From a bacterium (lineage in GTDB: Bacteria > Spirochaetota > Spirochaetia > Treponematales > UBA12059): 64,000 nt of DNA. The translations under genes and the position numbers were made by a program. The notes beneath the pieces are model-generated. The model made no database searches, had not been told where the DNA came from, and was given only the letters and a program-made list of their open reading frames with translations. The stretch covers positions 161,077 through 225,076 of the forward strand of contig DATKVB010000014.1 in assembly GCA_035530295.1 (NCBI GenBank), written 5' to 3'. Shown here in pieces: positions 40,389 through 50,112 of the stretch (position 1 is its first letter; each line of letters starts with the position of its first letter).

Positions 40389-41842
40389 GCGTCGTACCTG
40401 TTCTTCGCCAGGACATTTCGATCGTTCCACAAAGCGACCGCGTCATGCTGCGACCGTTCATCCCATCCGGCGAACATCGCGCTGCGGCAATCATTTCTCG
40501 CGTGCTCTCCCTGAGCGATGACAGGATGGCGATCGAGCTGGAGATTATCCTGAACGAATTTGCCTCGAGGCATCACGGGATGGAATCGCGTCTCCTTTCA
40601 AACTACGACATGGTCGCGTCCCAGATCGCCAGGCCCAGATCCCTGTCACGGGACCGCAAGTTGCTTCTGGGTGCGCTCTTCTCGGGGGAGTATTCGCTTG
40701 AATCGGCCGCGCTCTTCAATCCTTCGATCGTTGCGCATCCAAACCAGATGGGCGTGTCCGAAGGCAGCATCCGCTTCATGATGAGTCTGCGGGCGACCGG
40801 GGAGGGCCATATTTCGTCGATCGAGTTCCGCACGGGGCTCCTCGATCCTGAAGGTACCATGACGCTCGACCCGGTTTCGCGCTTCGTCAGCACTCCGGAA
40901 GTCGACCCTGATCCAGGCTACAACAAGGCAAGTTTCATGATTACCCTGCGTACCATGGGATGCGAAAACGAACATAGCGTTGCCCTTCTGGCCGAACTCG
41001 ATGATGATTTTACCAAGAGCGAATTGACCCGTTGTGTCCGGCGTTGCCGGCGCGAGCACAAGCCTGTCCCGCAGGATCTCGGCGAGACACTCCAGCGCGT
41101 TCAGTGGATTGCCGATTCAAACTACCAAATCCATTTTCCACCTGAATCTTCACCTGGCGAACGAGCCATATTCCCCATCTCTGCCAACGAAAGCAATGGC
41201 ATAGAGGATGCGCGTTTCGTCCGCTTCACCGAAGATGATGGATCGATCATGTACTACGCTACTTATACTGCCTACAATGGGCACGCGATACTTCCACAGA
41301 TCATCGAGACGCGTGACTTCGTTTCTTTCCGCATTCGGACTCTGAACGGCACGTCGGTGCGCAACAAGGGCATGGCGTTGTTCCCGCGGCGGATTGGCGG
41401 GCAGTATGCTATGCTTTCCCGACAGGATGATGAGAACCTTTTCATCATGTATTCAGAGCATCGATACCACTGGGATGAATCCAGAGTCCTTATGCGTCCG
41501 GCTGAATTGTGGGAATCGGTGAAGATAGGCAATTGCGGGTCGCCTCTTGAAACCGACGCCGGATGGCTGGTGCTGACGCACGGTGTCGGTCCTATGCGAA
41601 AGTATTGCATCGGGGCGGCTCTCCTGGATCTTGATGATCCAGGCAAAGTCCTTGGCAGACTTAAGGAGCCGCTTGTAGCACCTGACGAAGCCGGCAGGGA
41701 AGGCTATGTGCCAAACGTCGTATACAGTTGCGGTGCCATGATACATGGCAAGCGGCTTATCCTGCCTTTTGCCATGAGCGACCGGGTTACGACGGCAGCA
41801 ACCGTTTCACTTGATGATTTGTTGACTGCCTTGCATGGTTGA
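40385..41842 (+). CDS. GH130 family glycoside phosphorylase/hydrolase
   Basis: ALFNP, GIEDARF, TYTAY, NKGMALFP, HGVG, GYVPNVVYSCG; ATGA overlap with GT4. Confidence 0.85.
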   Translation: MSVVPVLRQDISIVPQSDRVMLRPFIPSGEHRAAAIISRVLSLSDDRMAIELEIILNEFASRHHGMESRLLSNYDMVASQIARPRSLSRDRKLLLGALFSGEYSLESAALFNPSIVAHPNQMGVSEGSIRFMMSLRATGEGHISSIEFRTGLLDPEGTMTLDPVSRFVSTPEVDPDPGYNKASFMITLRTMGCENEHSVALLAELDDDFTKSELTRCVRRCRREHKPVPQDLGETLQRVQWIADSNYQIHFPPESSPGERAIFPISANESNGIEDARFVRFTEDDGSIMYYATYTAYNGHAILPQIIETRDFVSFRIRTLNGTSVRNKGMALFPRRIGGQYAMLSRQDDENLFIMYSEHRYHWDESRVLMRPAELWESVKIGNCGSPLETDAGWLVLTHGVGPMRKYCIGAALLDLDDPGKVLGRLKEPLVAPDEAGREGYVPNVVYSCGAMIHGKRLILPFAMSDRVTTAATVSLDDLLTALHG

Positions 41843-41947
41843 ACGCGTTCAGGAACCGGACCCGCGTTCATTTTAAGCTCCAGAAAATCATGCGGGCGCG
41901 GTAGCCATGACGCCATGGAGTGCACCCGGCATCATGGCTTTGTTGCT

Positions 41948-43144
41948 TTACCGCGCTCCGTACGTGTCGTAAATAAAGTCTATGTCCTTGTCTCCGCGCC
42001 CGCTCAGGTTGACCAGTATCGATTGCCTGGGGTTTGCCTTGGCGTGCTTGCACGCATAGGCAACCGCGTGGGCGCTCTCGAGCGCGGGGATTATGCCTTC
42101 CTTCTTGCTCAGTTCGTAGAATGAGTCGATCGCCTCGTCATCGGTGACGGATGTGTACTGCACCCGCTTGATGTCATGGAGCATCGAGTGTTCCGGGCCT
42201 ACACCAGGGTAGTCAAGTCCGCTGGCGATAGAGTACACGGGCGATGGTTCGCCTTTCTGGTCCTGCAGCAGCATGCACTTGAAGCCGTGTATCATGCCTG
42301 GTTTGCCGTATGTGATTGTAGCCGCGTTGTCACCGATATTCGGCCCGCGACCCATAGGCTCGATGCCGTACAGGGCGACGTTATCGTCCTCGATGAATGC
42401 GGAGAATATGCCTATGGCGTTCGAGCCGCCTCCTACGCAGGCCATCACGTTGTCGGGCTCTTCGCCCGTCATCTCGAAGAATTGCTCCTTGGCCTCGATG
42501 CCCACGACGCGCTGAAACTCACGCACCATCATCGGGAATGGGTGCGGCCCTACCACAGAACCTATGCAATAGATGCTTGACTCGGGGTCGACCATGTACG
42601 CCTCGAATGCGGAGTCCACGGCTTCCTTGAGCGTCTTGAGTCCCCGGGTGACTGGAACCACGGTGGCGCCAAGGATCTTCATCCGTATGACGTTTGGATG
42701 CTCCTTCTTGATGTCAACCTCGCCCATGTGTATCTCGCACTCGAGTCCGAAGTAGGCCGCCGCCGTGGCCAGCGCAACGCCATGCTGTCCTGCGCCCGTC
42801 TCCGCTATCAGTTTCTTCTTGCCCAGGTACTTTGCCAGGAGCGCCTCGCCCATGCAGTGATTGAGCTTGTGTGCGCCCGTGTGGTTCAGGTCTTCGCGCT
42901 TCAGGTATATGCGCCCGCCGTACTGGTCTGACAGGCGCTTGGCGAAGTACACCGGCGTAGGTCTGCCCTGGAAATGCGTACGGATGCTCCGCAACTCGGA
43001 AATGAATTCGTACGACTTGCTTATCGAATAGTATGCGTCGGTAATTTTCTCCATCTCTGATTGAATCGCCGGTGGCAGGAAGCTGCCACCATACTGCCCG
43101 AAATTGCCGTGCGAGTCCGGAAAGGTCTTGAAGTAGTCCTGCAT
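41948..43144 (-). CDS. trpB: Tryptophan synthase beta chain (stand-alone)
   Basis: [50 protein letters not shown]. Confidence 0.95.
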   Translation of the reverse strand: MQDYFKTFPDSHGNFGQYGGSFLPPAIQSEMEKITDAYYSISKSYEFISELRSIRTHFQGRPTPVYFAKRLSDQYGGRIYLKREDLNHTGAHKLNHCMGEALLAKYLGKKKLIAETGAGQHGVALATAAAYFGLECEIHMGEVDIKKEHPNVIRMKILGATVVPVTRGLKTLKEAVDSAFEAYMVDPESSIYCIGSVVGPHPFPMMVREFQRVVGIEAKEQFFEMTGEEPDNVMACVGGGSNAIGIFSAFIEDDNVALYGIEPMGRGPNIGDNAATITYGKPGMIHGFKCMLLQDQKGEPSPVYSIASGLDYPGVGPEHSMLHDIKRVQYTSVTDDEAIDSFYELSKKEGIIPALESAHAVAYACKHAKANPRQSILVNLSGRGDKDIDFIYDTYGAR

Positions 43145-43457
43145 GATGTTTCTCCTAATAGGAACGTACCAGAATAATACAGGGCATAGATGTTACTGTC
43201 AATAGAAACTAATCGTATTGCGGACCTTTATTGCTGGACATCTTCGAGAATATCCACATTCGCTCGCCAAGAAAGAGCTATTTGACATCCCATGACTGTG
43301 GTACGATAGTTCTGGTCGACAAGGTTATAACTTTGCCTTTGCCGGACGAGGCTCAGGTCAGCGGTTCGATGGCGTGCCTGTCGCAGCCATTGCCGGCATC
43401 ATGGTGTACTTCCGCCCCAACCCGAATACCCCGACGGCCAGTCGAAGGAGGGCACCA

Positions 43458-43922
43458 ATGCTCAGGGAAACACTCCTCAGGAAGCTCGATGAACTCACCG
43501 AACTGCGTGGTACCAAGCGCGAATCGGTACTGCCGGTGCTGCAGGACCTGCAGACCACGTTCGGATACCTGGGAGAGGAAACCATCAACGAGGTAGCCAG
43601 GCGTTTCGGGATCTCCCAGACAGAGGTGTATTCCGTAGCGTCGTTCTATCATTTCCTCAATACGCAGGAAAAAGGCAAGTATGTAATTCGCATATGCCGC
43701 ACCATATCATGCGAACTCAGGGACAAGGCCAGCGTCCTTCGCGCGCTCGAGTCGGAGTTGGGTATTCACATGGGTGAAACGACTCATGACAGGAAGTACA
43801 CGCTGGATTATGCGAATTGCATGGGGATGTGCGATCGAGGCCCTTCGATGATGGTCAACGATGATCTGTACGCTGACCTTACGCCGTCGAAGGCAGTCGA
43901 TATCGTGCGAAGCTATCGGTAG
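43458..43922 (+). CDS. hydC: [FeFe]-hydrogenase NuoE-like [2Fe-2S] subunit
   Basis: VASFY, CRTISC, CMGMCDRGP; AAGGAGG RBS. Confidence 0.88.
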   Translation: MLRETLLRKLDELTELRGTKRESVLPVLQDLQTTFGYLGEETINEVARRFGISQTEVYSVASFYHFLNTQEKGKYVIRICRTISCELRDKASVLRALESELGIHMGETTHDRKYTLDYANCMGMCDRGPSMMVNDDLYADLTPSKAVDIVRSYR

Positions 43923-43932
43923 GAGGGCGGCG

Positions 43933-45129
43933 ATGGCCAGAAAGATAGATGTCGTATTTTCCGATTTCCAGCCTGGATCGGCCCTGAAGGTGGCTCTTGG
44001 CATGACTCCGGCAGACGTGATAGAGCTCGTCACGAAATCAAAACTCGGGGGCCGAGGCGGGGCGGGATTCCCGACCGGACTCAAGTGGGACACCGCGCGA
44101 AGGCATGCTGGTGATGCCAAATATATGGTCTGCAACGCCGACGAAGGTGAACCGGGTACCTTCAAGGACAAGAATATTCTGGAGAAGCAGACTGCAAAGG
44201 TGATAGAAGGCATGGTCATAGGCGCGTACGCGATAGGGGCGTCGAAAGGGTTCATCTATCTCAGGGGCGAGTATAAGTACCTCGTCAAGGATTTATATAA
44301 GAAGATTGACGAGCTCAAGAGCCAGAACCTGATAGGCGATGATATTTGCCGTGAGCAAGGTTTTTGCTTCGATGTGGATATACGGCTCGGCTCGGGATCG
44401 TATGTATGCGGTGAGGAAACAGCGCTTATCGAGTCGCTCGAGAGCAAGCGCGGTGAACCTCGGAACAAGCCGCCGTATCCGGCAGAGGAGGGCTTCCTTG
44501 GACAGCCGACTGTCGTCAACAATGTGGAGACGCTCTCGTTCATTCCCCACATACTGCTTAATGGCGCCGAATGGTTCCAGCAATTCGGTACGGAGAAGTC
44601 AACGGGATCAAAGCTGTTTTCCGTTTCGGGAGATTGCGGCAGGCCTGGAATATATGAGTTCGAGTTCGGCATAACCATCAGGGAGTTGCTGAAGGAAATA
44701 GACGCCGATCCGGATACAAAGGCAGTGCAGATCGGCGGCGCCTCTGGTTTCTGCGCGTGCAAGGACGATTTCGACAAACCTATATGCTTCGAAGGAATTC
44801 CTACGGGAGGTTCGATAATCATCTTCAACAGGTCACGGAGCATGTTCAAGGTACTCAAGAACTTCGTTGAGTTTTTCCAGGAAGAGTCATGCGGTCAATG
44901 CGTACCGTGCCGCGAGGGCTGTTCGCGCATGCTGGAGGGCATAGAAAAATTCGAACGTGGCAAGGGTTCATCAAAAACAATCAATGACCTCCTGGAACTG
45001 TCGACGACGATGAGCCTGGCCTCCAAATGCGGCTTCGGGCAGTCGGTGCCGAATTCATTCAGGACAATAGCGTCGAAATTCAAGGATGAAATTCTCTCTG
45101 CGGGGGAGGGCGAACCATGGCGGAGCTGA
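43933..45129 (+). CDS. hydB: [FeFe]-hydrogenase NuoF-like NAD(H)/FMN subunit (short form)
   Basis: GRGGAGFPTG, CNADEGEPGTFKD, YVCGEETAL, NNVET, ESCGQCVPCREG...CGFG. Confidence 0.9.
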   Translation: MARKIDVVFSDFQPGSALKVALGMTPADVIELVTKSKLGGRGGAGFPTGLKWDTARRHAGDAKYMVCNADEGEPGTFKDKNILEKQTAKVIEGMVIGAYAIGASKGFIYLRGEYKYLVKDLYKKIDELKSQNLIGDDICREQGFCFDVDIRLGSGSYVCGEETALIESLESKRGEPRNKPPYPAEEGFLGQPTVVNNVETLSFIPHILLNGAEWFQQFGTEKSTGSKLFSVSGDCGRPGIYEFEFGITIRELLKEIDADPDTKAVQIGGASGFCACKDDFDKPICFEGIPTGGSIIIFNRSRSMFKVLKNFVEFFQEESCGQCVPCREGCSRMLEGIEKFERGKGSSKTINDLLELSTTMSLASKCGFGQSVPNSFRTIASKFKDEILSAGEGEPWRS

Positions 45130-46898
45130 AGGTTACGATCAATGGCGCCTCGTACAAGGCGCTCGAGAGCATGACAATACTCGATGTATGCAAGCGCGAG
45201 GGAATACACATTCCGACCCTGTGTCATCATCCCGACCTCCAGACGAGGGGCATATGCCGCATCTGCGTCGTCGACGTCAAGGGATCAAAGACGTTGCAGG
45301 CGGCCTGCAGCACTCCGGTGACTGAAGGCATGGAGATTTCGACAACGACAGACAGAGTCCGCAAGTCCCGCAAGACCATAGTCGAACTGCTGCTTGCCAA
45401 CCACTACACCGATTGCACGGTGTGCCCCAAGAATCTGAATTGCGAACTCCAGAGCCTGGCCAATGAATTCGGGCTTACCGACCTTCGATGGAAGGAGCGG
45501 CGGGAGCGCACCATTCCGCAGGACGATTCCTCACCCGTTTTCATTCGTGACAACAACAAGTGCGTCCTGTGCCAGCGCTGCGTACGCGCATGCGATGAGA
45601 TGCAGGGCGTTTACGCCGTAGCCAACCTGTACAAGGGAGACAGCACGATCGTGGGTTCGGCCTTCAACAAGCCGATAGGCGAGGTCGTATGTATCAATTG
45701 CGGCCAGTGCGTAGCCCACTGTCCGACCGGCGCCCTCTCCGAGAAATACTGCATCGAAGATGTGTGGAAGGCGATAGACGATCCCAGGAAGGTCGTGGTC
45801 GTGCAGACAGCTCCGGCGATCAGGGCTGCTCTAGGCGAGGCATTCGGATACCCGCCCGGCACCCGCGTTACCGGCAAGATGGTGGCTGCCCTCAGAACCA
45901 TGGGTTTCGATCATGTTTTTGATACGCAGTTCGCGGCCGACCTCACGATCATGGAAGAAGGATTCGAGTTGCTCGGACGGCTCAGGAGTGCCCTGACAGG
46001 GGCGGGGAAGCCCGCGCTGCCGATGACCACCTCATGTTCACCTGGCTGGATCAAGTTCCAGGAGCATTTCTTTCCGGAGCTGCTTCCTAATGTGTCGACA
46101 TGTAAATCGCCGCAACAGATGTTCGGAGCCGTGACTAAATCGTTCTGGGCCAGAAAGATGAACATCGATCCCGAGGATATCGTTTGCGTTTCGGTCATGC
46201 CATGCACCGCCAAGAAATTCGAGGCGATCCGTCCGGAGATGGAGAGCGAAGGCCGTCAAGACGTGGATTATGTGCTTACTACACGTGAACTTGCCGTCAT
46301 GATAAAGCAGGCCGGCGTCGACCTGCATGACATGAAGGATGCCGCCTTCGATGACCCGCTGGGCGAATCCACCGGCGCGGCGACTATATTCGCCGCCTCG
46401 GGCGGTGTGATGGAAGCGGCGTTGCGGACGGCGTACGAGGTAGTAACCGGTCGCGAAGTCCCCTTCAAGGATCTCGACATCATCCCGGTGCGCGGCATGG
46501 ATGGCGTTAGGCAGGCAAGCGTCAGGATCGATGGCGCACAGAAGGAGTGGTCATTCCTTGAAGGCGTCGAACTGAAGGTTCTTGTGGCGCATGGAACGGC
46601 CAACGCCAAGAAGGTGATGACCGCCGTCAGGGACGGAACGATTGATGCGCACTTCATCGAGATAATGACTTGCCCTGGTGGTTGCCTCGGCGGAGGCGGC
46701 CAGCCCCTGCCAAGCACCCCCGAGATTCGAATTGCCCGGGCCAAGGCGATTTATGAGGAGGACGCTGACAGCGAGTTCAGAAAATCCCACGACAATCCAT
46801 CAATCAAGAGGATTTACGCGGAATTCTTCGGCACTCCGAACAGCCACCTGGCCCACGAACTGCTCCACACGCACTATACGGCGAGGGGGCAATACTAG
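45117..46898 (+). CDS. hydA: [FeFe]-hydrogenase group A catalytic subunit
   Basis: [2Fe-2S], His-ligated and 2x[4Fe-4S] motifs; TSCSPGW, MPCTAKKFE, EIMTCPGGCLGGGG; HELLHTHY. Confidence 0.95.
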   Translation: MAELKVTINGASYKALESMTILDVCKREGIHIPTLCHHPDLQTRGICRICVVDVKGSKTLQAACSTPVTEGMEISTTTDRVRKSRKTIVELLLANHYTDCTVCPKNLNCELQSLANEFGLTDLRWKERRERTIPQDDSSPVFIRDNNKCVLCQRCVRACDEMQGVYAVANLYKGDSTIVGSAFNKPIGEVVCINCGQCVAHCPTGALSEKYCIEDVWKAIDDPRKVVVVQTAPAIRAALGEAFGYPPGTRVTGKMVAALRTMGFDHVFDTQFAADLTIMEEGFELLGRLRSALTGAGKPALPMTTSCSPGWIKFQEHFFPELLPNVSTCKSPQQMFGAVTKSFWARKMNIDPEDIVCVSVMPCTAKKFEAIRPEMESEGRQDVDYVLTTRELAVMIKQAGVDLHDMKDAAFDDPLGESTGAATIFAASGGVMEAALRTAYEVVTGREVPFKDLDIIPVRGMDGVRQASVRIDGAQKEWSFLEGVELKVLVAHGTANAKKVMTAVRDGTIDAHFIEIMTCPGGCLGGGGQPLPSTPEIRIARAKAIYEEDADSEFRKSHDNPSIKRIYAEFFGTPNSHLAHELLHTHYTARGQY

Positions 46899-47111
46899 GA
46901 GCCTGTCGGACTTAGGATTTTGATCGGGCGAAGGCGATCTGCGAGTGAAAAATTGGTGAGGATTGAGGGCCATACTTCGTGTATGGCCCGCTTGACGAGC
47001 CGATTTTGCGCCGCAGAGCGCCGAGTCCGGTCAAAAAGCACTTCATTGATCTTCATTCCCTTGTATTTGCCTTAAAATTTACGCGTGCGTTCATAAGTCC
47101 GACAGGCTCCT
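46897..47111. mobile_element. MITE-like non-autonomous element, 215 bp
   Basis: Perfect 18-bp TIRs AGGAGCCTGTCGGACTTA (46897-46914) and TAAGTCCGACAGGCTCCT (47094-47111); long internal imperfect palindrome; no credible ORF. Confidence 0.8.
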
Positions 47112-47131
47112 GGCGCAGGAGCCGTTCCAGG

Positions 47132-47932
47132 TTACTTCAGCTTGAAGCCGACTACTGCCTGAGGATTCATCACACGGAACGTGAATGATTCCGTCAGGAA
47201 CAGATTGATCTCAGTCGTCGTATGGCTGTGGTAGCCTATAGCCAGATCCTGGCCGATGGTCAGCGCCAGATCGCCGCCGCGGCCTGCAACAAGCAGGGCA
47301 TCCTTCACCGACTCGGAATAGATGACCTTGCCTTCGATCTGCTGTTCGATTATGGAGCGGAGCGTGCCGCCCGGCGCGCTTCTGGCCAGATACTTCCAGA
47401 TCGGTGCCGAGACAACCAGGTTGGCGGGACCGGGAATGCCTTCCTTGAGCATCCGTGTTTGCGCTTCCGATACGGTATCGATCAGTTTCTCCGTTTCGAG
47501 GCTCAGCGCTATTTCCTTCCCATGTACAAGGCTTGCGAGACCGGCAATGTTTCCCGGTGCGAAGCCTTCGAAGATGGCATTTTCCTCAAACAGCGCGCTC
47601 TTGCGGCAGGCGTTTGTCAGGACATCGAGATCCGGGTCCGATGCGCCACGGCCGATGTTGTCGAGTTCCCACGTATTCAGGACAAAGCTGGTGCGCGATT
47701 CGACAAGCGGCAGTACCTGGTGAACTCCATACATAACCGCGCCGGGGTCCTGCTTCGGGGGTGTTGCCAGACGGCCCAGGGCCACGCAGGCATGCTGGAT
47801 GCCGTGTGGGCCGTCAATGTCCACGAACTTCCGTCCAGAAAGGGTGGCTACCAGGGTTTCCCGGGCAGTCGTGTCTATGGTTGACCACGCTTCAGTACTG
47901 ATTGGCGCAAGTTCTCGCCGTAGATTATTCAT
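47132..47932 (-). CDS. Family 1 encapsulin shell protein (Linocin M18)
   Basis: MNNLRRELAPIS..AW..ID..A, GRKFVDIDGPHG, ELDNI.RG, GQDLAIGY, ESFTFRV; 266 aa. Confidence 0.94.
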   Translation of the reverse strand: MNNLRRELAPISTEAWSTIDTTARETLVATLSGRKFVDIDGPHGIQHACVALGRLATPPKQDPGAVMYGVHQVLPLVESRTSFVLNTWELDNIGRGASDPDLDVLTNACRKSALFEENAIFEGFAPGNIAGLASLVHGKEIALSLETEKLIDTVSEAQTRMLKEGIPGPANLVVSAPIWKYLARSAPGGTLRSIIEQQIEGKVIYSESVKDALLVAGRGGDLALTIGQDLAIGYHSHTTTEINLFLTESFTFRVMNPQAVVGFKLK

Positions 47933-47947
47933 GAGTCTTCTCCCTGC

Positions 47948-48301
47948 CTACTTCTTCAGGCTACCGATGCCAAGGCCACTGTCTGCTGAAGCCGTAGGTG
48001 CCGACCCGCCCAGAAATTCTTCCTCAACTTCCTTGGCGCCCGTTTCGTAGAAGCCTTCTTCTTTTGGATCCAGAGCCTTGAGCAGACGGAGGAACTCGCC
48101 GGCGTGAACCTTTTCCTCATTGGCGATATCGTACAGTACATTCTGCGCCAGGCTGTTGTCGGTGGATTCGGCCAGCTGTTGATACAGCTGGATGGCTTCA
48201 TATTCTGCGGACACCATGAACCGAATGGCTCTGACCAATTCTTCGTGGGTCAATAGTCGATCGTGCTTCAAACCGCTGAATGGCTGTCCAAAATCGGGCA
48301 T
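47948..48301 (-). CDS. Ferritin-like encapsulin cargo protein with targeting peptide
   Basis: AEYEAIQLY, EEKVHAGE; flexible linker then C-terminal GLGIGSLKK. Confidence 0.88.
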   Translation of the reverse strand: MPDFGQPFSGLKHDRLLTHEELVRAIRFMVSAEYEAIQLYQQLAESTDNSLAQNVLYDIANEEKVHAGEFLRLLKALDPKEEGFYETGAKEVEEEFLGGSAPTASADSGLGIGSLKK

Positions 48302-48391
48302 AGCGTGCCTCCTGTTTCAATAGAGCTACATACTAGGCTAGTGAAACGCATCGAGTATTTCAACAGCGTGCTGGCTTTATACGCTGAGAAT

Positions 48392-49441
48392 TCAGGCCCT
48401 GCGCCTGACCCGATCCTTGTCCATGGCCATGATCGCCGGCGAGTCCCTTCGAACCGCTATGATTTCGGCGAATATGGCCACGGCTATCTCGGCCGGGGTT
48501 TCAGCGCCTATATCCGCGCCGATCGGTCCTCTGAGGGCGGTGACCTTCTCTGAGGGAAAGCCGTCGGCTATGGCCTGGTCCAGTATCATTCTGGTCTTGC
48601 GCCTCGAGCCTATGAACCCAGCGTAGCGGTACTCCCGCTTCAGGATGGCGCGCACGCATTCAAGGTCACTGGAGTGGCTGGGGCTGACGACGACGACGTA
48701 GGTGGAGGCTCCGAATGGATACGCGGCGACTATGCCCGCGAATTCACCGAGCCTCGTCTCGGTTCCGGCGGGAAAGCGGCCAGGATCGACGAACTCCTGG
48801 CGGGAATCGCCGACGCATACGCGGAACTCCAGCTCAGCGCCGAGGCGCGCCAGTGCCTGGCCCACGTGCCCTCCGCCGAGTATGAGCAGTCTGTCCTGGG
48901 GCACTATGGCGTCGTATAGAAGTCCGTCTGCTTGGGATATGGCCGGGAAGCCGGAATCGAGGGCGGTTGTCAACGCGGCGTCATCAATCGGGACTTCCGG
49001 GCCGTAGATCACATGCCCTTCGGCATCGACAACGGCGACAGGCCCGCCCATCCGCTCGCCATCGATTGAACAAACGAGAACGACGCGCCTTCCTTTATCC
49101 AGTTGCTCCGATGCTGCGGCATACGCGGCCCTGTCGTTGACAATGAATATGGCCAGGGACGCGGTACCGCCGCATATCGGGGCGTTGCCCTCGGCCTGCT
49201 CGCCTAGCATCTCGACGACGATGCGACCGGATGTCCCGCTCGCCAGGCGAGCGAAGGCGCTTCCCATCGCGCTGGCCTCGACAAACCCACCACCTATGGT
49301 TCCCATCGAGCTGCCATCGGCAAAGACAAGCATCTTTGAGCCAGGATGACGCGGCGCTGAACCCTTTATATCGATGACGACGACCAGAGCGGCCGCACGA
49401 GAAGTCTCCGAAAGACGCTTGATCAGTTCGCTGGCATGCAT
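48392..49441 (-). CDS. XdhC/CoxI family molybdenum-cofactor insertion chaperone
   Basis: GSAPRHPGSKM, GTIGGG, ICGG, GGGHV, GFIGSRRK, PIG..IGAETPAEIA. Confidence 0.9.
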   Translation of the reverse strand: MHASELIKRLSETSRAAALVVVIDIKGSAPRHPGSKMLVFADGSSMGTIGGGFVEASAMGSAFARLASGTSGRIVVEMLGEQAEGNAPICGGTASLAIFIVNDRAAYAAASEQLDKGRRVVLVCSIDGERMGGPVAVVDAEGHVIYGPEVPIDDAALTTALDSGFPAISQADGLLYDAIVPQDRLLILGGGHVGQALARLGAELEFRVCVGDSRQEFVDPGRFPAGTETRLGEFAGIVAAYPFGASTYVVVVSPSHSSDLECVRAILKREYRYAGFIGSRRKTRMILDQAIADGFPSEKVTALRGPIGADIGAETPAEIAVAIFAEIIAVRRDSPAIMAMDKDRVRRRA

Positions 49442-50112
49442 TGGTGCGCTCCTATATTCTCGAGACTGGCAGGTTCATAGTCTACCATCGGTACCGTCTG
49501 GCCATCGCGCAATTCGATTATGCTGTGGCCGAGTGTCTCCGCTTCGAGCCGGGAATGGGTGACAAGAATGACGCTCATCCGGAGTTCGTCGCGAAGGGAC
49601 AGAAACTCGCGGTATGTGGCTTCCTTGGTGCTCTTGTCCAGGGCGCTGAAAGGTTCGTCGAGCAATAGCACCCGAGGTTTGGTAGCCAGAGCGCGTGCCA
49701 GCGCGAGACGTTGGCGCTCGCCACCGGAAAGCATCGGAGGGCGGCTCTTGCGCAGGTGGGCTATGCCAAACCGTTCCAGGTACTCCATGGCGCGGCTCCG
49801 TTCATGTGCCGGCAAGGCCAGTGCGACGTTCTCCTCAGCGTTCAGATGCGGGAACAGCGCGTAATCCTGAAAGACGTACCCAACGCGGCGTTCCTGGGGA
49901 GGAAGATCGATGCCCAGCTCCGACGAGTATACGGTCGTTCCATTAAGCGATATGTGGCCGCCATCAGGGCGGACGAGCCCAGCGATGCAATCCAGGATGC
50001 TTGTCTTGCCCGCGCCAGACTCTCCCCAGAGTATGGCAGTCACCGTATCAACTGTGAACTCGGCCCGGAGGGTAAAGAGGGGCAGCCGCTTTTCGAAGCA
50101 TGCGTCTATCAT
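49423..50112 (-). CDS. modC: Molybdate ABC transporter ATP-binding subunit
   Basis: GESGAGKT, VGYVFQDYALFPHL, LSGGERQR, LLLDEP. Confidence 0.85.
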   Translation of the reverse strand: MIDACFEKRLPLFTLRAEFTVDTVTAILWGESGAGKTSILDCIAGLVRPDGGHISLNGTTVYSSELGIDLPPQERRVGYVFQDYALFPHLNAEENVALALPAHERSRAMEYLERFGIAHLRKSRPPMLSGGERQRLALARALATKPRVLLLDEPFSALDKSTKEATYREFLSLRDELRMSVILVTHSRLEAETLGHSIIELRDGQTVPMVDYEPASLENIGAHQCMPAN

